Source: Octopus sinensis
Lineage: Eukaryota
Assembly: GCF_006345805.1 (NCBI RefSeq)
Contig: NW_021832594.1
Coordinates: 1-64,000, forward strand
Direction of reading: 5' to 3'
DNA: 64,000 nt
A program made the translations under genes and the position numbers. Below the pieces are notes generated by a model. It was given only the letters and a program-made list of their open reading frames with translations. It was not told the DNA's origin and made no database searches. Within the stretch, counting starts at the first letter, position 1. The number at the start of each line of letters is the position of its first letter. This document shows, piece by piece, positions 36,901 to 51,900 of this stretch.

Positions 36901-39900
36901 ATGCCACCGGCACGGACGCCAGATAACTGCTCTGGCAATGATCACGCTCGGATGGAGTGGTAAGGTCAGTAATTGTACTGGAACTCCATTACAGTCATAC
37001 AAAAGTGGATACCTGGTTACTCTTGTGTGCTTAATGTGCTCTGAAGCATCTTCATCAGTCAACGCCATTGGCATACACATCAGTTGTGCAAGATAGAGGT
37101 ACTGACATGCTCCAAAGTGGGATGCATCTCTTCTCTTCCACACAAGTTGTGTTGACCGAGTCTGAATTCTTGACTTGAATTCCTTTTGTTGTCAGCAAGG
37201 CTTTTATGTTATATCAGCTCTGGATGGATTCCATCCATTCAGCAGCTGTGGATTCTTTTTGAAAAGGAATCCTCAAATCTTTCCTCAGGTGTTTGGTACA
37301 TCCTTCATTGAAACAAACAAGCTGGTCTCTTGATCAGGACAGATTTTATATTGAATGTATGGTGACGGAAAACATCAGATGTGAGTATCACCTGGTATTA
37401 CATGTTCCGATTAGTTTGACTTGCAGAAGAATCACTTTCTCTAAACAAAGATTCTCTTCAGAAGCACATGGTGCATTCGCATTATCAGACATGTGTATTT
37501 CATCACTACTGGGAGAAAATGTAAATCCCTTTCTTAAATGGGTTTGAGTTGTAAGATTTTGATCATCTTAAGGATTTATAGTCTCCCGCCTTTTCTAGGT
37601 GACATTTTAGGACACACTAGCTTCAACAGAGATAATTACCATTCCAGTAACATGCTGTGGCAGTTAATGGGTTAAATCACAATATCACAGTTCAACCACT
37701 AGTGCTTGACATTTCTCATCTGCAGCCAATATATCTGTGTTTTTATATACAAGACACCTACATGGGATATTTCTCGGAGTGAATACAGCAGTATTACAGC
37801 ATTCCTATTATACATTCACATAAAATAAGATAGGACGGTTGCTCTTTGGTAATAGTACTGCCTCAACTGATTGTGACCGATGCCAGTACCCACTGACTGG
37901 CTCCTGTAATGGTGGCTTGTAAAAAGCACCATCCGAATGTGTTCGTTACCAGGCCTGCTTTATTGGCTCCAGTGCTGGTGGTACGTAAAAAGCACCAACC
38001 AATCGTGACCGATGCCCAGTATCCCCTGACTGGTGGCCAGTAAGACTCGTCTTACTGGCCCCTGAGCTGGTGGCACGTAAAAAGCACCCACTACACTCTT
38101 GGTGTGGTTGGCATTAGGAAGGGCATCCAGCTGTAGAAATTCTGCCAGATTGGAGCCTGGTGCAGCTGCTGGCTCTCCAGACATCAGTCAAACCGTCTAA
38201 CCCATGCCAGCATGGAAAACGAACGTTATTCGATGATGTGTGTTTTTGTGTATTCCTTAGTCTTCTCCTCATATGATGGTTTTAAATGGACGTCATCATC
38301 ATATAAGTGATGTTGTTTGTTTTGAGTCTTCCATGATATATATGACTGGCCATGGAGAAATACTACTTTGCTTCGGAACAGATGAAGGTTGATGACAGGA
38401 AGAGCATCAAGCTGTAGAAAATTTGCTTCAAAAAATTTTGTCTGAACCAAGCACACGTGGTAAAATGGACATTAAATGATGATGATACATAAAAAACTAA
38501 AAAAATTGTATGGATTTGCATGAGAAGTCTGTATAACTGAACCTCAGATTAATTAGCATAAATTATTTAGTTGGTATGGAAAAGTGAACCTTATGTTAAA
38601 GCATTGTTGATATAGTATTGGTTAGTATGTGTCTTTATTCTTCTTCTACTTGTTTCAGTCATTAGATAATGGCCATGCTGTGGCAGCAGCTCGAAGGATT
38701 TTAGTTGAATGAATTAATTGACCCCAGAATTTATTTATTTTTTTTCCATTAAAATCTGGTACTTATTGTTTGGGTTCCTTTTTCCAAACTGATAAGTTAT
38801 GGGAACTTAAATAGACCAACGCTGATGAGTCACACACACACACACACATGTGCTTTCAGTTACTGTCTACCAAATCAACTAACGAATCACTGGTCAGCCC
38901 AAGGCTATAGTAGAAGACACTTGCCCAAGGTGCCACACAGTGGACCTTAACCCAGAAACATATGGTAAGAAGTTTGCACAAACAAATTACAGTGCACCCA
39001 TTGTTTTGGGGGTACTTTGAAATTATTGATCAGGATTTTTTTTTTACCAAATCGGTCTGTGGTAATTTTAGATTGTCCCAGAACTTGTTGCATGAAAATC
39101 TGAAATGAAGCATGTAAATAGCTCATGCCCCATGGACTATTATAGAAAAACATAATTTGTTTTATTTGAAAAGTAAAATAGGCAGAGGCATGGCTCTGTG
39201 GTTTAGAAGTTGGCTTTGCAATCACATGGTTTTGGGTTCAGTTCCAATGCATGACACCTTGGTTAAGTGTTTTCTACTATAACCGAGGCCAACTGATGCG
39301 TTGTGAGTGAATTTGGTAGACAGTAACTGTGTGGTGGCCTGTTGAGTGAGTGTGTGTAGGTTTGTGGGCTGTTGTCCTCCCACTGCCACTACTTGACCTG
39401 TGTTGGCCTGTTTCTGTCCATTAACTTATTGGTTCAACAAAAGAGGCCAATAGAGCAAGTACATCATCATCATCATCATCGTTTAACGTCTGCTTTCCAT
39501 GCTAGCATGGGTTGGACGATTTTGACTGAGGGCTGGCGAACCAGATGGCTGCACCAGGCTCCAATCTTGATTTGTCAGAGTTTCTACAGCTGGATGCCTT
39601 TCCTAATGCTACGCCCTTCCTAACGCAGATGCCTTTCCTAACACGATGCCCTATATGTCCTGGGGTCGATTTGTTTGATTAACCCTTTAGTGTTCGCATT
39701 ATTCTGCCAAAATTAATGCTTTTTCATCCACTTTGGTTTGAACTAATCAAACATTATCTTGTAACTATGAGAATTTGATGAGGTAGCTGTTAATTTTAAA
39801 ATGATATTGTAGGGTGGTGTGAGAGACCAGATCTGGCCAATTTGAACATAAAACAGGCAGAATACTTTTGGCCGGATATGGCCGGTTTAAATGCTAAAGG

Positions 39901-42900
39901 GTTAAACCCTTTAAAGGTATTACTTCAGCTTGGCCATTACCCAGTAAGTGAAACAAATAAGAGAAGAGAAATAATGGGAATCAATGAATCCAGAAGCGAG
40001 AAAGAAACAAAAATGGTAGATAGGAGATCTAGGAATTGCTAAAAGAAAAGAAAATCTGTAGTTTGTATTAACGAAAGGTGATAGTCAAACTTTAGGCTAT
40101 ATTTCATATACTCTTTACTCTTTTATTTGTTTCAGTCATTTGACTGCGGCCATGCTGGAGCACCGCCGTTAGTCAAGAAAATCGACCCCAGGACTTATTC
40201 TTTGTAAGCCTAAGTACTTATTCTATCGGTCTCTTTTGCCGGACCGCTAAGTTACAGGGATGTAAACACACCACCATCAGTTGTCAAGCGGTGATGGGGG
40301 GGGGACAAACACAGACACACGATATCTATCTATCTATCTATATATATATATATATACATACATACATATATAGAACGTGCTTCTTTCAGTTTCTGTCTAC
40401 CAAATCCACTCACAAGGCTTTGGTTGGCTTGAGGCTATAGTAGAAGACACTTGCCCAAAGTGCCACGCAGTGGGACTGAACCCGGAACCATGTGGTTGGT
40501 AAGCAAGCTACTTACCACGCATCCACTCCTGCGCATATTATAATTGTAATTGTATAATATTTCCATGAATGGAAGCTGTGTGCAGTTATTTAACATACAG
40601 GAAATAGAAACCAAATCCCTCATAAAGCATATACCCTTAAGAGTGTGACATTGTAAATAGGTCTGCTTGATCAGGATTGCACTTATCATTCTGAAAACCA
40701 GGTTCCAATCCAGGATGCAGCAACCAAGTCCCACCCTCCCACTTCTCAGTCCATCATCACAGCCTTGAGGTCCTGGATTCATTCCAGGTCAATGTCTACA
40801 GGCAAGTTGTCTCCGTAAGCGTGATGACGTTTTCCTCTTCTTACATCACCACGAAATGGGTTCCACGAGACTAATTTGGATGCTTCCATTTGAGGGTGGC
40901 ACACACAGTGACCAGATAGTCACAGCCGTCTTTGCCAGATCTTCTCACTAGCTTTTGGCAGGTTTCCAGAAAGACTTAATATAGTCTGAACCTATCAGAG
41001 GGGACACATGCACGCACACGTGTGTGTATGTATAAACACACACACACACTCCTAATGCAAGTTAAAATACCGACATTGGATTTGTAGTCAACACATTATA
41101 CCAGTGGTTTTCAACCAGGGTTCCGCGGAACCTTAGGGTTCCGCCAGTACAGTCCAGGGGTTCCTCAAGAAGTTACAAAACTGCTAAAATCGGCAGTAAT
41201 TTTTAATTCTCCTGTGCAGATATGTGTGCATAAGACTATTAAATTATTGCACAGGGGTTCCTCGAGCCAGTGGAATGTTTCCTTGGGGTTCCGCTCCAGC
41301 AAAAAGGTTGAAAAGCATTGCATTATACATTCCTTCATTCCTTTACTGCAGTGCACTAGCACATTCGTTAGTATTCCAGGCAAAATTCTTAGTGGCATAT
41401 TGTCCATATTTGTTCTGAGTTCAAATTTCACTGAGGTCTACTTTACCTTCCAACCTTTTAGGGTGGGTAAAACACGTACCAGTTGAGTACTGGGGTTGAT
41501 GTAAACAACTTACCCCCCCTCTCTGAAATTGCTGCCCTTGTGCTAAAATTTGAAACCAATACATCATACATTTCTCTGTTTCTCTTCTTCTAGATGTTAA
41601 TGAATGAAATCACTTTAGAGCAATGCTTATACATTGGAGTATTTTTCTATGATATTCTGGTATTATCAGCTTTCTGTGTCAGTTACCCCAGGTGGGATTA
41701 TCTACATGATTATTTAACTTGCAAGAAATAGTTTCTAAATTCCATGTAGGTGACATCGTACCATCTCAGAAGAGAATACTTTGGATGATGTGGTCCTGGG
41801 TGTGTTCTGCCAAGGAAATTCATGGAAGGGTCATGACTGGTTTGCTTGCCTTTTCTTCATAGCTTTGCTTAGGGCTGACCTATGTTACACAACTACTATC
41901 AGTTTAGAACTTCTATATTTATACACACACTAGCAGTATCGCCTGGCGTTGCTATATAAGCATTTTTAGAGAGTTACTTTCCTTATATAATAGCAAAAAA
42001 AATGCATTAAAAATGGGAAAAAATTATGATAAATTTTTTTTTAAATCATAGACTCGATATGAATCACGGCTATAAGATACCCGGTTTTGGTTAAACTGCA
42101 CCGCAAAATGTGGGAGTAGTTAGGAATCTAAATCATAGGAGACAGACACACAACTTCACTTTTATATGTAAAGATTTGAGGTAGAGACATGGTGGTGTGG
42201 GTAAGGAGTTTGCTTTCCCACTGCTTCCACCATGAACAGAAGAAAAACAAAGAAAATCAATGCTGGCGGGATATCCATGTGTACATGTCTCCCAACCTGT
42301 GATATCACGGAACTCACAATTGGTTCTCACCCGTTCCAATTCTCTCTACCGGAAATATTTAAGCTAAAGTAGATGGTTTTAAGAATGACCGAAATGTACT
42401 ACATTTTTCTATCTTTTAGTTATTAACATTTGTGAGGATCAAAAAATTAAACTGACTGAAATCTAATATTACATCTGTGTGATTATGACCTTCTCTTTAC
42501 AGAAAGTTCATTTAAGAAACCAAGAGGGAAGCTGAAAACCTGCATTGTTAATGTGAAAGTCTGTGCACGAGCTGTAGGTTTATCACATGAAGATATTCTG
42601 GGACTGGTTAATGTTGCTGCAAGTCTACGATATGGTGAGACCTATTGATGCTCCCTTTTTTGTTTTTTGCCTTTATTTTTCTCTGCAGGTTTTACTGTTT
42701 CATTCTTTGTGTGATGTTTTAATAAGTTTTGAAGGCTGATCTGAAAATGCTGAGCCTTACAAAAGAGATGACAGAGGACGGAGTTATGTTGCGCTTTGAT
42801 GTGCTCCAGAGGACGGAGTTATGTTGCACATTGATGTGCTCCAGAGGACGTGGCTATTACGACAGAATTGATATCTTAAAACCAAAGTGCTGCATAAGAG

Positions 42901-45900
42901 GCATTGGTGTTGGTGCCATGAAAAATACACCCAGTACACTCTCTAAAGTGGTTTGCATGGGGCATGGGTGGCATTCAGCTATAAAAACGAAGCCAAAACA
43001 GACTATGGAAGCTGGTGTTACCAGTTCCTGTCAAGCTGTCAAAATCATACCAGTATAGAACAGACATTGAATGATGATGATAATGATAGTCAAAATGACA
43101 TGGGTTACAGTGATAATAATCTCTATAGACCCACCTAGATTGGTGAGATGTTGGTGAATATCTGCAGGAATAACATTCCATGTACACCTTGGTGTGGCTG
43201 TCCTCAGCCATGCACACTCTGTAGCACCTGTCCTCATTTGTGCACAACTTGATGCAGCTGTCCTCTTCCATGTGCAACTTAATGCAGCTGCCCTAATCCA
43301 TGCACAACTGGATGAAACTGCCATCATCCATGTACAACTTAATGCAGCTATCCTTATCAATGTGCACCTTGGTGCAGCTGTCCTTATCCATGCTTGCCTT
43401 GAAACAGCTGTCTTTGTTCATGTGCACCTTGAGGCAACTGTCCTAATCCATGCACACTTTGATGTAGCTAGTCCTCATGTGTGCAGCTTGATGCAGCTAT
43501 CCTTGTCCATGTGCACCTTGATGCAGCTTTCCATACCATGCTCACTTTGATGCTCTTATCCTAATCCATGTGCACCTTGATGCAGTTGTCCTCATCCATG
43601 TGCACCTTGATGCAGCTGTGCTCATCCATGCACACTGAGGCAGCTGTCCTCACCCACATGCATTGTGAGGCAGTTGTCCTCGTCCTTGTGCACCATGATG
43701 CAGCTGAGATAGGTAGGGGGATGAAGTAGTGAAGTACTCTGCATATAAGGCTGTATGTATATTTTGTTGACATGTACAAGATTATTATGTATGAGTTAAA
43801 AAGAGTGAATGTGAAGATCAATCCTTATGGTAGTACATATGGAGAAATTGCAAGCTACCTAGGTAGCAACCTGAAAGATAGCTTGCCTATCAGCATTCTG
43901 TCTTGTTTCCTATTTGTTGTGTGTGCAGAGCTATTACATTATGGCAGATTGACTAAAGATGAAAGTAAAAATGTGAAATTCCTTCTTCCATCTATTGTAA
44001 TCACACTTTATTTTAGTTTTTTTTTATTTCATGTGACATCATGCATTTTGTGGAGAAAATATAGAGTAATACCTCATTTTATGAGGACCTCCCTTATGAG
44101 ACCCTGGGTTTATGAGTTTTATTTTCCAAGCACAAGTTCTTAAACAAAGGGCAAAAGTTTCTACTACAATAATAAATGGTTCTACATGTTACCGAGAAAT
44201 TTATAGAGAGCAAAAAACAGCTTCTTCTATGCAAACAACTCTAGATTTGCTTTTTAAAAAGAAGTCTTCCAGTCCATCTATGAATGCTTGTGAATCGGTG
44301 ATTGCATCTACTAGCGATGGTGTGTATGGGTGTAATGCGAGTGAAATTGGGGATTTGTGCTGGTGACTGGACAGGTTCCTGTGCTGGTGGCGCACCCACA
44401 ACACTCTCGGAGTGGTTGGTGTTAGGAAGGGCATCCAGCTGTAGAAACTCGGCCAGATCAGATTGGAGCCTGGTGCAGCCAACTGGTTCGCTAGTCCTCA
44501 GTCAAGTTGTCCAACCCATGCTAGCATAGAAAGTGGACATTAAACGATGATGATAATGATGATCTTGACATTCTTCTTACTTTACATATAATATTCTTTA
44601 TATTCTTCTGTTGTATAATTGCTATTTATTTATAAGTATTGTAAATTTTATCGGTAAAACATTTTTCTGGGAACGAATTACAATTTATAACATTGCTACT
44701 ATGGGAAATCATTGCTCTGCTTTACGAGTGGTCCCCAGGAATAAATCAACTTGTATATGAGGGCATTACTGTATGTTTGTCTCTTGCATGCTTATCAACA
44801 GTTTATTCATTGATGCCCAAATATTGATATCCATGAACAAACAATCTTGAGAGAAAGCATGTTCAAATGCATGTGTATGATAGACTTTTGCATAGTTTAT
44901 GCCAACCAAATTTCACTAGCAGGACTTTGTTCATTGCAAAGTTGCAGTTGAAAATTGGTATTTCCTTATTATATATATACTCAGGGTGCTCTGGTTAAAT
45001 TTGATTATTATTATTATTATTATTATTCTATGTTTGACTTTTGCGTTATGTCTGTACAAGTTGGCTCCAAGTCTCACCCAGAGACCTCAAGAGACAACAG
45101 GTTGGAAGTTCACGTTGTTGTTATGCCTAGTGTGCCATATATTTGGGGGTTTTTTTGGTGTTGTACTAGTGAATGTCTAATACATAAAAAAAAAAAAGTT
45201 TGTTTTAAACCTTGGGATTACATAGAAAGTATTTTGCGTAGGATATGAGCAGTTCCCATGAGCACTGTCTTTTGAATTTCTGCCATTTTGGGGTTTCCTG
45301 GTATCTGAGTTAGGTAGCAATCAGTCCCAGGGCACCTATGACAACAGGTATTGTTTTAGTCTTCAGCTTCCACATTTTGCTGATTTCTATTTCAAGATCT
45401 TTATATTAGCTCAGTTTTTGGTAGGTCTTGACAGATATGTTTATATTGATTGGGACAGTCATATCAATGAGGAGGCATGTTCTTTGTCTGAAGTCTTTCA
45501 ATATGATGTCTGGCCTATTTGAATCTATCTTTCTGTCAGTTTGAATGGTGAAGTTCCAGAGGAGTGAGATGTGGTCATTTTCAAGCACTGGAGGTGGATT
45601 GTGTTCCCACCAGTTTTTTTCATGGGGCAAATCCAGGTTTTTGCAAATTACCCAGTGAATATATTGTGCAGCTCTATCATGCCTGTTGAGGTACTCTGTA
45701 GGTGCTAGAAGACTGCATTTGGAGACAACATGATCAATGGTTTCATTTTGTTGTCGGCATACATGACATGTTGGGCTACTGCCGTTCTTTAATATGTTGG
45801 CCTGGTAGTTTCTTGTTGGTAGGCATTGATCTTGAGCTGCTATGATAAACCCCTCTGTTTCAGATTTTAAGTCAGAGGCCATTAGCCATTGATGGGTCAG

Positions 45901-48900
45901 GGCTTTGTCAATATCTGCATTATTCGCTCTCTTTGGGTATTTGCCATAGAGAGGTTTTTCTTGTCATTTATTATTCAGAATATCTAAGGCCGCAGTTTTG
46001 GCATGGGTTTTCATGCGCCTAGCTTTTTCTGTGCTTGTTTCTTGTATGTCTATCTCTAATTCCGAAATTGGTTGTATTTGGAATTCACTTAGATATTCCT
46101 GTGCCTGTTTTGTTACTGAGTATGATGCTTTCTTGTTTTCATGTTTTGAGACAAGTTTTAACATCCAGTCCTCAGACTTTTTCAGGTAGGTGTCTAGGCC
46201 AATTGTAGCAATCTTCGTTGTTATTGCCAGTTGCAAAAGACCACGGCCTCCCTTTTTTCTTGGCAGATAAAGTCGTTCTGTATCTGCCTTAGGGTGGTGC
46301 ATTCTATGCATTGTCAACAGTTTTCTTATTTTACTGTCGAGCTGACATATTTCAGTAATTGACCAGTTAACGATATTGAAACTGTAAGTCACGACTGGTA
46401 TGGCTAATGCATTGATCACTTCGATCCTGTTTCTTGCATTCAGCTCTGTCTTGAGTATTGCTCTCACTCTTCGATAGCATTCTCTCCTGATCCTTTCCTT
46501 CATCTCTGAATGCCTTATTCCGTTCCCTTCAATTACCCCTAGGTACTTGTAGCTCTCCGCTGGGTCTAGTTCTTTTATGACATTCTGCTGGTCAAGATTA
46601 ATGTTAGATGTTTCTGTCATTTTTCCTTTGATAAAGGTAGCTTTTGCACATTTATCGAGGCCAAATTACATTCTGATGTCGTCACTGAATTGTTTGACTA
46701 TCGCTAGTAAGCCCTTGAGTTGTTGGTCATTTTTTGCAAAGAGCTATAAATCATCCATGTAAATGAGATGATTTATATTTTTATCAAACATTTTATACCC
46801 GTACTGCGCGTCATTGAGCAGTTTTGAGAGCCTTAAGGTTTTTCAAATATTCAATGTCAGATCTAAATAGTTTAATTTGTTGTTGCAGACGCTCTTGCCA
46901 AGAAGGCTTTTTGTGGGAATGTTGCCGTTTTCTAATCTTTTCATCACATAGGATCGTTGAGATTTTCGCGGATGCATAGTATAGGTGGTTGAGATTTGTG
47001 ATATCAACATCATTAGCTGAAATTATATCCTTAAGTGCGAGCCGGATTTTACCAATTATTTTCATGTTTTGGTTAGAGTTGCGGATTTTATGGAGTGTAT
47101 CACGTTCATCCATGCTGGTTTCTTTAATTTTCAGCCATTCAATCATGATTTGATTTTTTAGTTCATGTAGTTCTGTTGGGTCAATATTTGTGTGACTTTC
47201 TTTATCTATTTGATGTTCATCTGTCTTAGTGTCTATGATTGGTTCAGGGAGTATTTCACTTTGTCTATCACTTATACTAACTCTTTCAATCCTTACTTCG
47301 TTTTTATCAGCCCTGGGCTGGTCTATAATTATTTCCTCTGTATTATCTTCTCTAGCTGCAGCTTCGTTCATTTTATCTGATATTGCTTGTCTAACTTGAT
47401 CAATCTCTACTTCAGTCAGTAATTTTTTTTTATAATGTTTCTTCTGACGTTGGCAAGTTTGTTACTGTGTATGTAGGGTCTTACTTCAGGGTGTTTCTGT
47501 CTCCAGTTTAAGTATGTTTGTACAGTGTTAGATTTATCTGTGGGGAAATATATGGCATGGTAGAAGGCCTCAAGAACTTCTTTATTATCTTCCCTAGACC
47601 ATTTTTCCTTCTTTTTCTTTTGATTATTTGGTGACAAGCATGGATGGCCATCTGTTGGAATATTCCGGTTGTGGGGTACGTCCAGCTCCTGTGTGTTGAG
47701 AAGATTTGATCCAGTAGCTGATTTTTCAATCAGAATTTGGTTCAATATTCAGGTACATGGTCTTTTGTAATCCATGCAACAACCAATGCGATTTATTGTT
47801 TGATTTGTTGACATTGAAGCATGACAAGCTTCCATTCTTATATTAGGAGATGGATCTGTCAGTTTAGGGTTCTCTACACATAAGCATTGCTTGTAGTGCA
47901 GCTTCTTAAGGCTAGCAGATCTGTATTTGTCTGTATTTTTTTTGTTGATAGTTTTATCTTGGAACATTTTTTTCCCCTTCTCTTCCTTTTTTCCTCTCTC
48001 TTTCTCTCTATCTCCTTCTTCTCCTTTTTCCTTCCTTCTTTTCCCTTCCTCTTTTAAACTTATAAAAGGCTCACTCTGCCTGTATTAGTTCCCAATAATG
48101 AGAATAGAATACAGAGAAAGAAAATAAAATAAAAGGGATCTGTCAAGTTATTATTGTTATTACTATCACCTTCATCACCATCATCATCATCAACATCATC
48201 ATCATCATCATCATCAATGACATTGTTTTATGTGTAGTCACAGCCACAGCCACCATCAACACCACTACTGCCATTGTGTGGGGGAATGGTTGGTTAAAGA
48301 GGTCATGGTCTATGGGTCTATAAATAGATTCAGCAGATGGTGGAGACAAAGGACATTAATAGTCAGTAAAAGGTCAAACCTGTTTACATTTATTTATTTA
48401 TTTTTTTTCCTTTCTCTTTTCTTCCTTTCCACATACATATGTATATGTATATGTTTACTCACACACACATATTATCTGATGTTTATGTCAATGATTTTTT
48501 TTTTTTTAAAATTTCTGAATTCAATGTTATGTATATATTTTTTTAATTTCTGAATTCAGCTGTATGTATATATTAGCAGGTGCTTAATTCCATAATTTTT
48601 TATCATGCATTTAATTGTGTTGTTACAATAAAAGGCAATTTTACACATTCTTATAGTCATGAGAGAAGACTAAATGTAAATGTTCACACAGAATTGGAGA
48701 TATTTATGTTTCTAATTTTTCTTGTTAGGTGTACGTTTGTATGAGCTGTAGATATGTAAGTTCCTTAACTTATTTTGAGGGAAATTCAAATTGCTCACAG
48801 AAAACAGTAGATCTTCCAGTTTTCTACAGTTGTTTTTTTTTTATTATTATTATTTTTTATTATTATTATTTTTATTATTATTATTATTATTATTGTCTCC

Positions 48901-51900
48901 TTTTGTCAGAAACTATTTGATGTATTGGTGAGCAGTCAACAACATTGGAGAGCATAAGGATTAAAGTTGTAGTGGAGAAAAAGTTAGTTGGCATAGAGGA
49001 CCGAAAGCCATCTGAATATTGGAAAAGAGTTATCTGTATGATGATGATTCCTGCTGGGTATCAAAACGCTGACATCATGACTGCCACTCAATGCTCTGTG
49101 AACATTGTAAAGGCTATAAAATGTGACAGACATTATGGAAACAAAGTTCCCCAAAACTTTGATGGTTCTTTGGCTGTGTCTCCATGGAAGGTGATGTCAT
49201 GCCATCCATCTTTGAACAGGGCCTTTGGCTCAATTCAAATGGTCAATCAATGGAAATTGTAGTCGTGATCCCTGTGCCGGTGGCACGTAAAAAGAGAATT
49301 TCTATGACTTCACCGGCCCCAAATTCTGGCCTCCTAATTCCCTTAATTATAATACCATAAATTAATGTGTGGGGCATGGTTGAGAAAGACACAAACTGCT
49401 CTACCTGAAACACCAAGATCAAGGACGTGTTCCAGGGCATAGTGAGGAACACATGTACCTTTCTCCAGAACCATCTTGAGGTCAAAGTGGAAACTGAGAG
49501 TGGCTACTTTGAGTAAAAACTCTTACCTCCCAACCATAATCTAGTTGATATTTTGTTTTTTATAATACTTTATTGTTGGATGAGATATTGTATTTTCGTT
49601 TCCTTATATGCAAACTGTCGAATTTAGCTCTAATATAATTTATATGCACACACACACACATATTGTTCGTTCTTGTTTCATTTTAATTTTCTTTAATTTT
49701 TTTTATTTTCCTTATAAGGAATTCGAATTAGTTGTGATCTCATTCAGTGTTGTATCCCACAAACAACTTTCCCACAAAGAGCTGCCATCAGACTTCTATC
49801 ATGTATAAATCATCACACTATTTCAGAAAAAGCCAATACATCATTCACGGTGAGTGTATAAAAAAGTTTTATCATTGTACATCATGTTAAAATAAATCCA
49901 TTTGGTTCTATTACAGAAGACTGAGTGCTGTGCTTTGCAGGTTAATGTGATGCACCTAACAGATGACACTTCCACATTTGTAGGTGCAGACTTGGCTACA
50001 TAGTAAGAAGTTTGCTTCCCAGCTGCATGGATCTGGGTTCAGTCCCACTGTGTGGCACCTTAAGCAAGCGTTTTCTACTATAGTCTTGGGCTGACCATCT
50101 GAAAGAAGCCCGTCATATAGATATATACATGTGTGTAAGGCGGCGAGCTGGCAGAAACATTAGCACGCCGGGTGAAATAATTATCGATATTTTGTCTGCC
50201 GCTACGTTCTGAGTTCAAATTACGCCGAGGGCGACTTTACCTTTCATCCTTTCGGGGTCGATAAATTAAGTACCAGTTACGCACTGGGGTCGATGTAATC
50301 GACTTAATCCCTTTGTCCTTGTTTGTCCCTTCTATGTTTAGCCCCTTGTGGGCAATAAAGAAATAAGATATATACATGTGTGTGTTTTTGTGTCTGTGTT
50401 TGTACCACACCACTGTTTGACAACCAGAGCCAGAGTAAGCGACATTGAATGAAATACAGTTATCTTTGATCATGTTTCACTCATTAGATTGGCCACGCTG
50501 GGACCCTGCCTTGAAGAGTGTTAGTTGAACAAATCATTGCCAGTGTTTATTTTTTTTAATCCTGGTATTTGATATATTAGTTCCTTTTGCCAATCTGCTA
50601 AGTCATGGGGATGTAAACAAACATAGATAGTCAAGCAATGGAGAGAGACAGACACAAGACATGCACACACAATGGGTTTCTTTCAGTTTCCATCTACAAA
50701 ATCCACTTACAAGACTTTGGTCACCCCAAGGTTGTAGTAGAAAACATTTGCCCCAGGTGCTACAGAATGGGATTGAACCTAGAACTGTGTGGTTATGAAG
50801 CAAACCTCTTACCACCCAACCAGACTAATTTAATATGTTTGTGTACACTTGAACATAGAAAAGGCAATATGCTGCCCAAAGTGTCTTGAGCAAGGAAATT
50901 ATTGTAGATAATGCTGATGTAAACTCACCAATAGGCCGAGAAATTGTAAATTCAAATTTAACATCACATTGCATAACTCTGTTTGATTTCCTTTACAACA
51001 CCAAATATGTAAATTAATTATGTTTCTCGTTTAATATTTCAGAAATTAGTATTTCACTGGATTGTACTTGTCATGCCATACATGGATGCCTATGATAAGC
51101 TTCATGCAGTGTACAATGTGTTCTTTTATCTTCTCAGAAATTATGATATTGTAAGTATCCTTCTAATTCTTCTTCGGGTTTCTGTATACGGTTTATCTCT
51201 GATAAAATTGCTAGAACTGCTAACCTTATTTTCTGATGTTATTTGGCTTGTAGTTGGTGCAAATTCTTGAGCAGAGATTTATTGCCATGCCTACATTTGT
51301 ACATTATCTCTTACTTCTTACAATTGATCAGTAACATGATATCTGTCTGTCTTTGTCATCTGATGTGTGACACACCTTGCACCTGTACAGGCAATGTCTA
51401 TTTGAAAAGAATGAGCTTATGTACTGCACAATTATCAAATCACTATAAACACATCATCTGAGCAGGTTGTTCAGTGAATTACAAAACTCACATCTCTCAT
51501 TTACAATGGGAAAGTCCATTGTATGTGTACACATACATATATGTGAGTGTGGATTCATGCTATGAGGGGGTCATCCCCAGAGTGCTACTATGCAGCAAAC
51601 TGGCCAAGAAGCAAAGCAGTTGATAATGTTTACAACACTTGTGCTGCTTTTCATTCATAACTATATTTAATCTTACATATTCTTTGCCGTGACCTCCCAG
51701 GAAATGATTCTCACACTATTTGTATATACAGGGGTTGGACAAAATAATTGAAACACCTTAAAATTTCAAACAAATTTATTTTAACATGGGGTAAGTGCTG
51801 CCTTTGGCAGTAATTACAGCTTGAATTCTATGTGGTATGGGCTCATACAAAGTTTGAATTGTTTCTAAAGGAATTTTTGTCCATTCTTCACCTAAAACAG

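Noticed and set aside
43031-43821. His/Asp-rich repeat protein or CRISPR array from the 30-bp repeats (also 26306-26707)
   Set aside because: Units are contiguous with no spacers, several frames on both strands are open because the unit is a multiple of 3, the location is intronic and the unit is RTE-derived.
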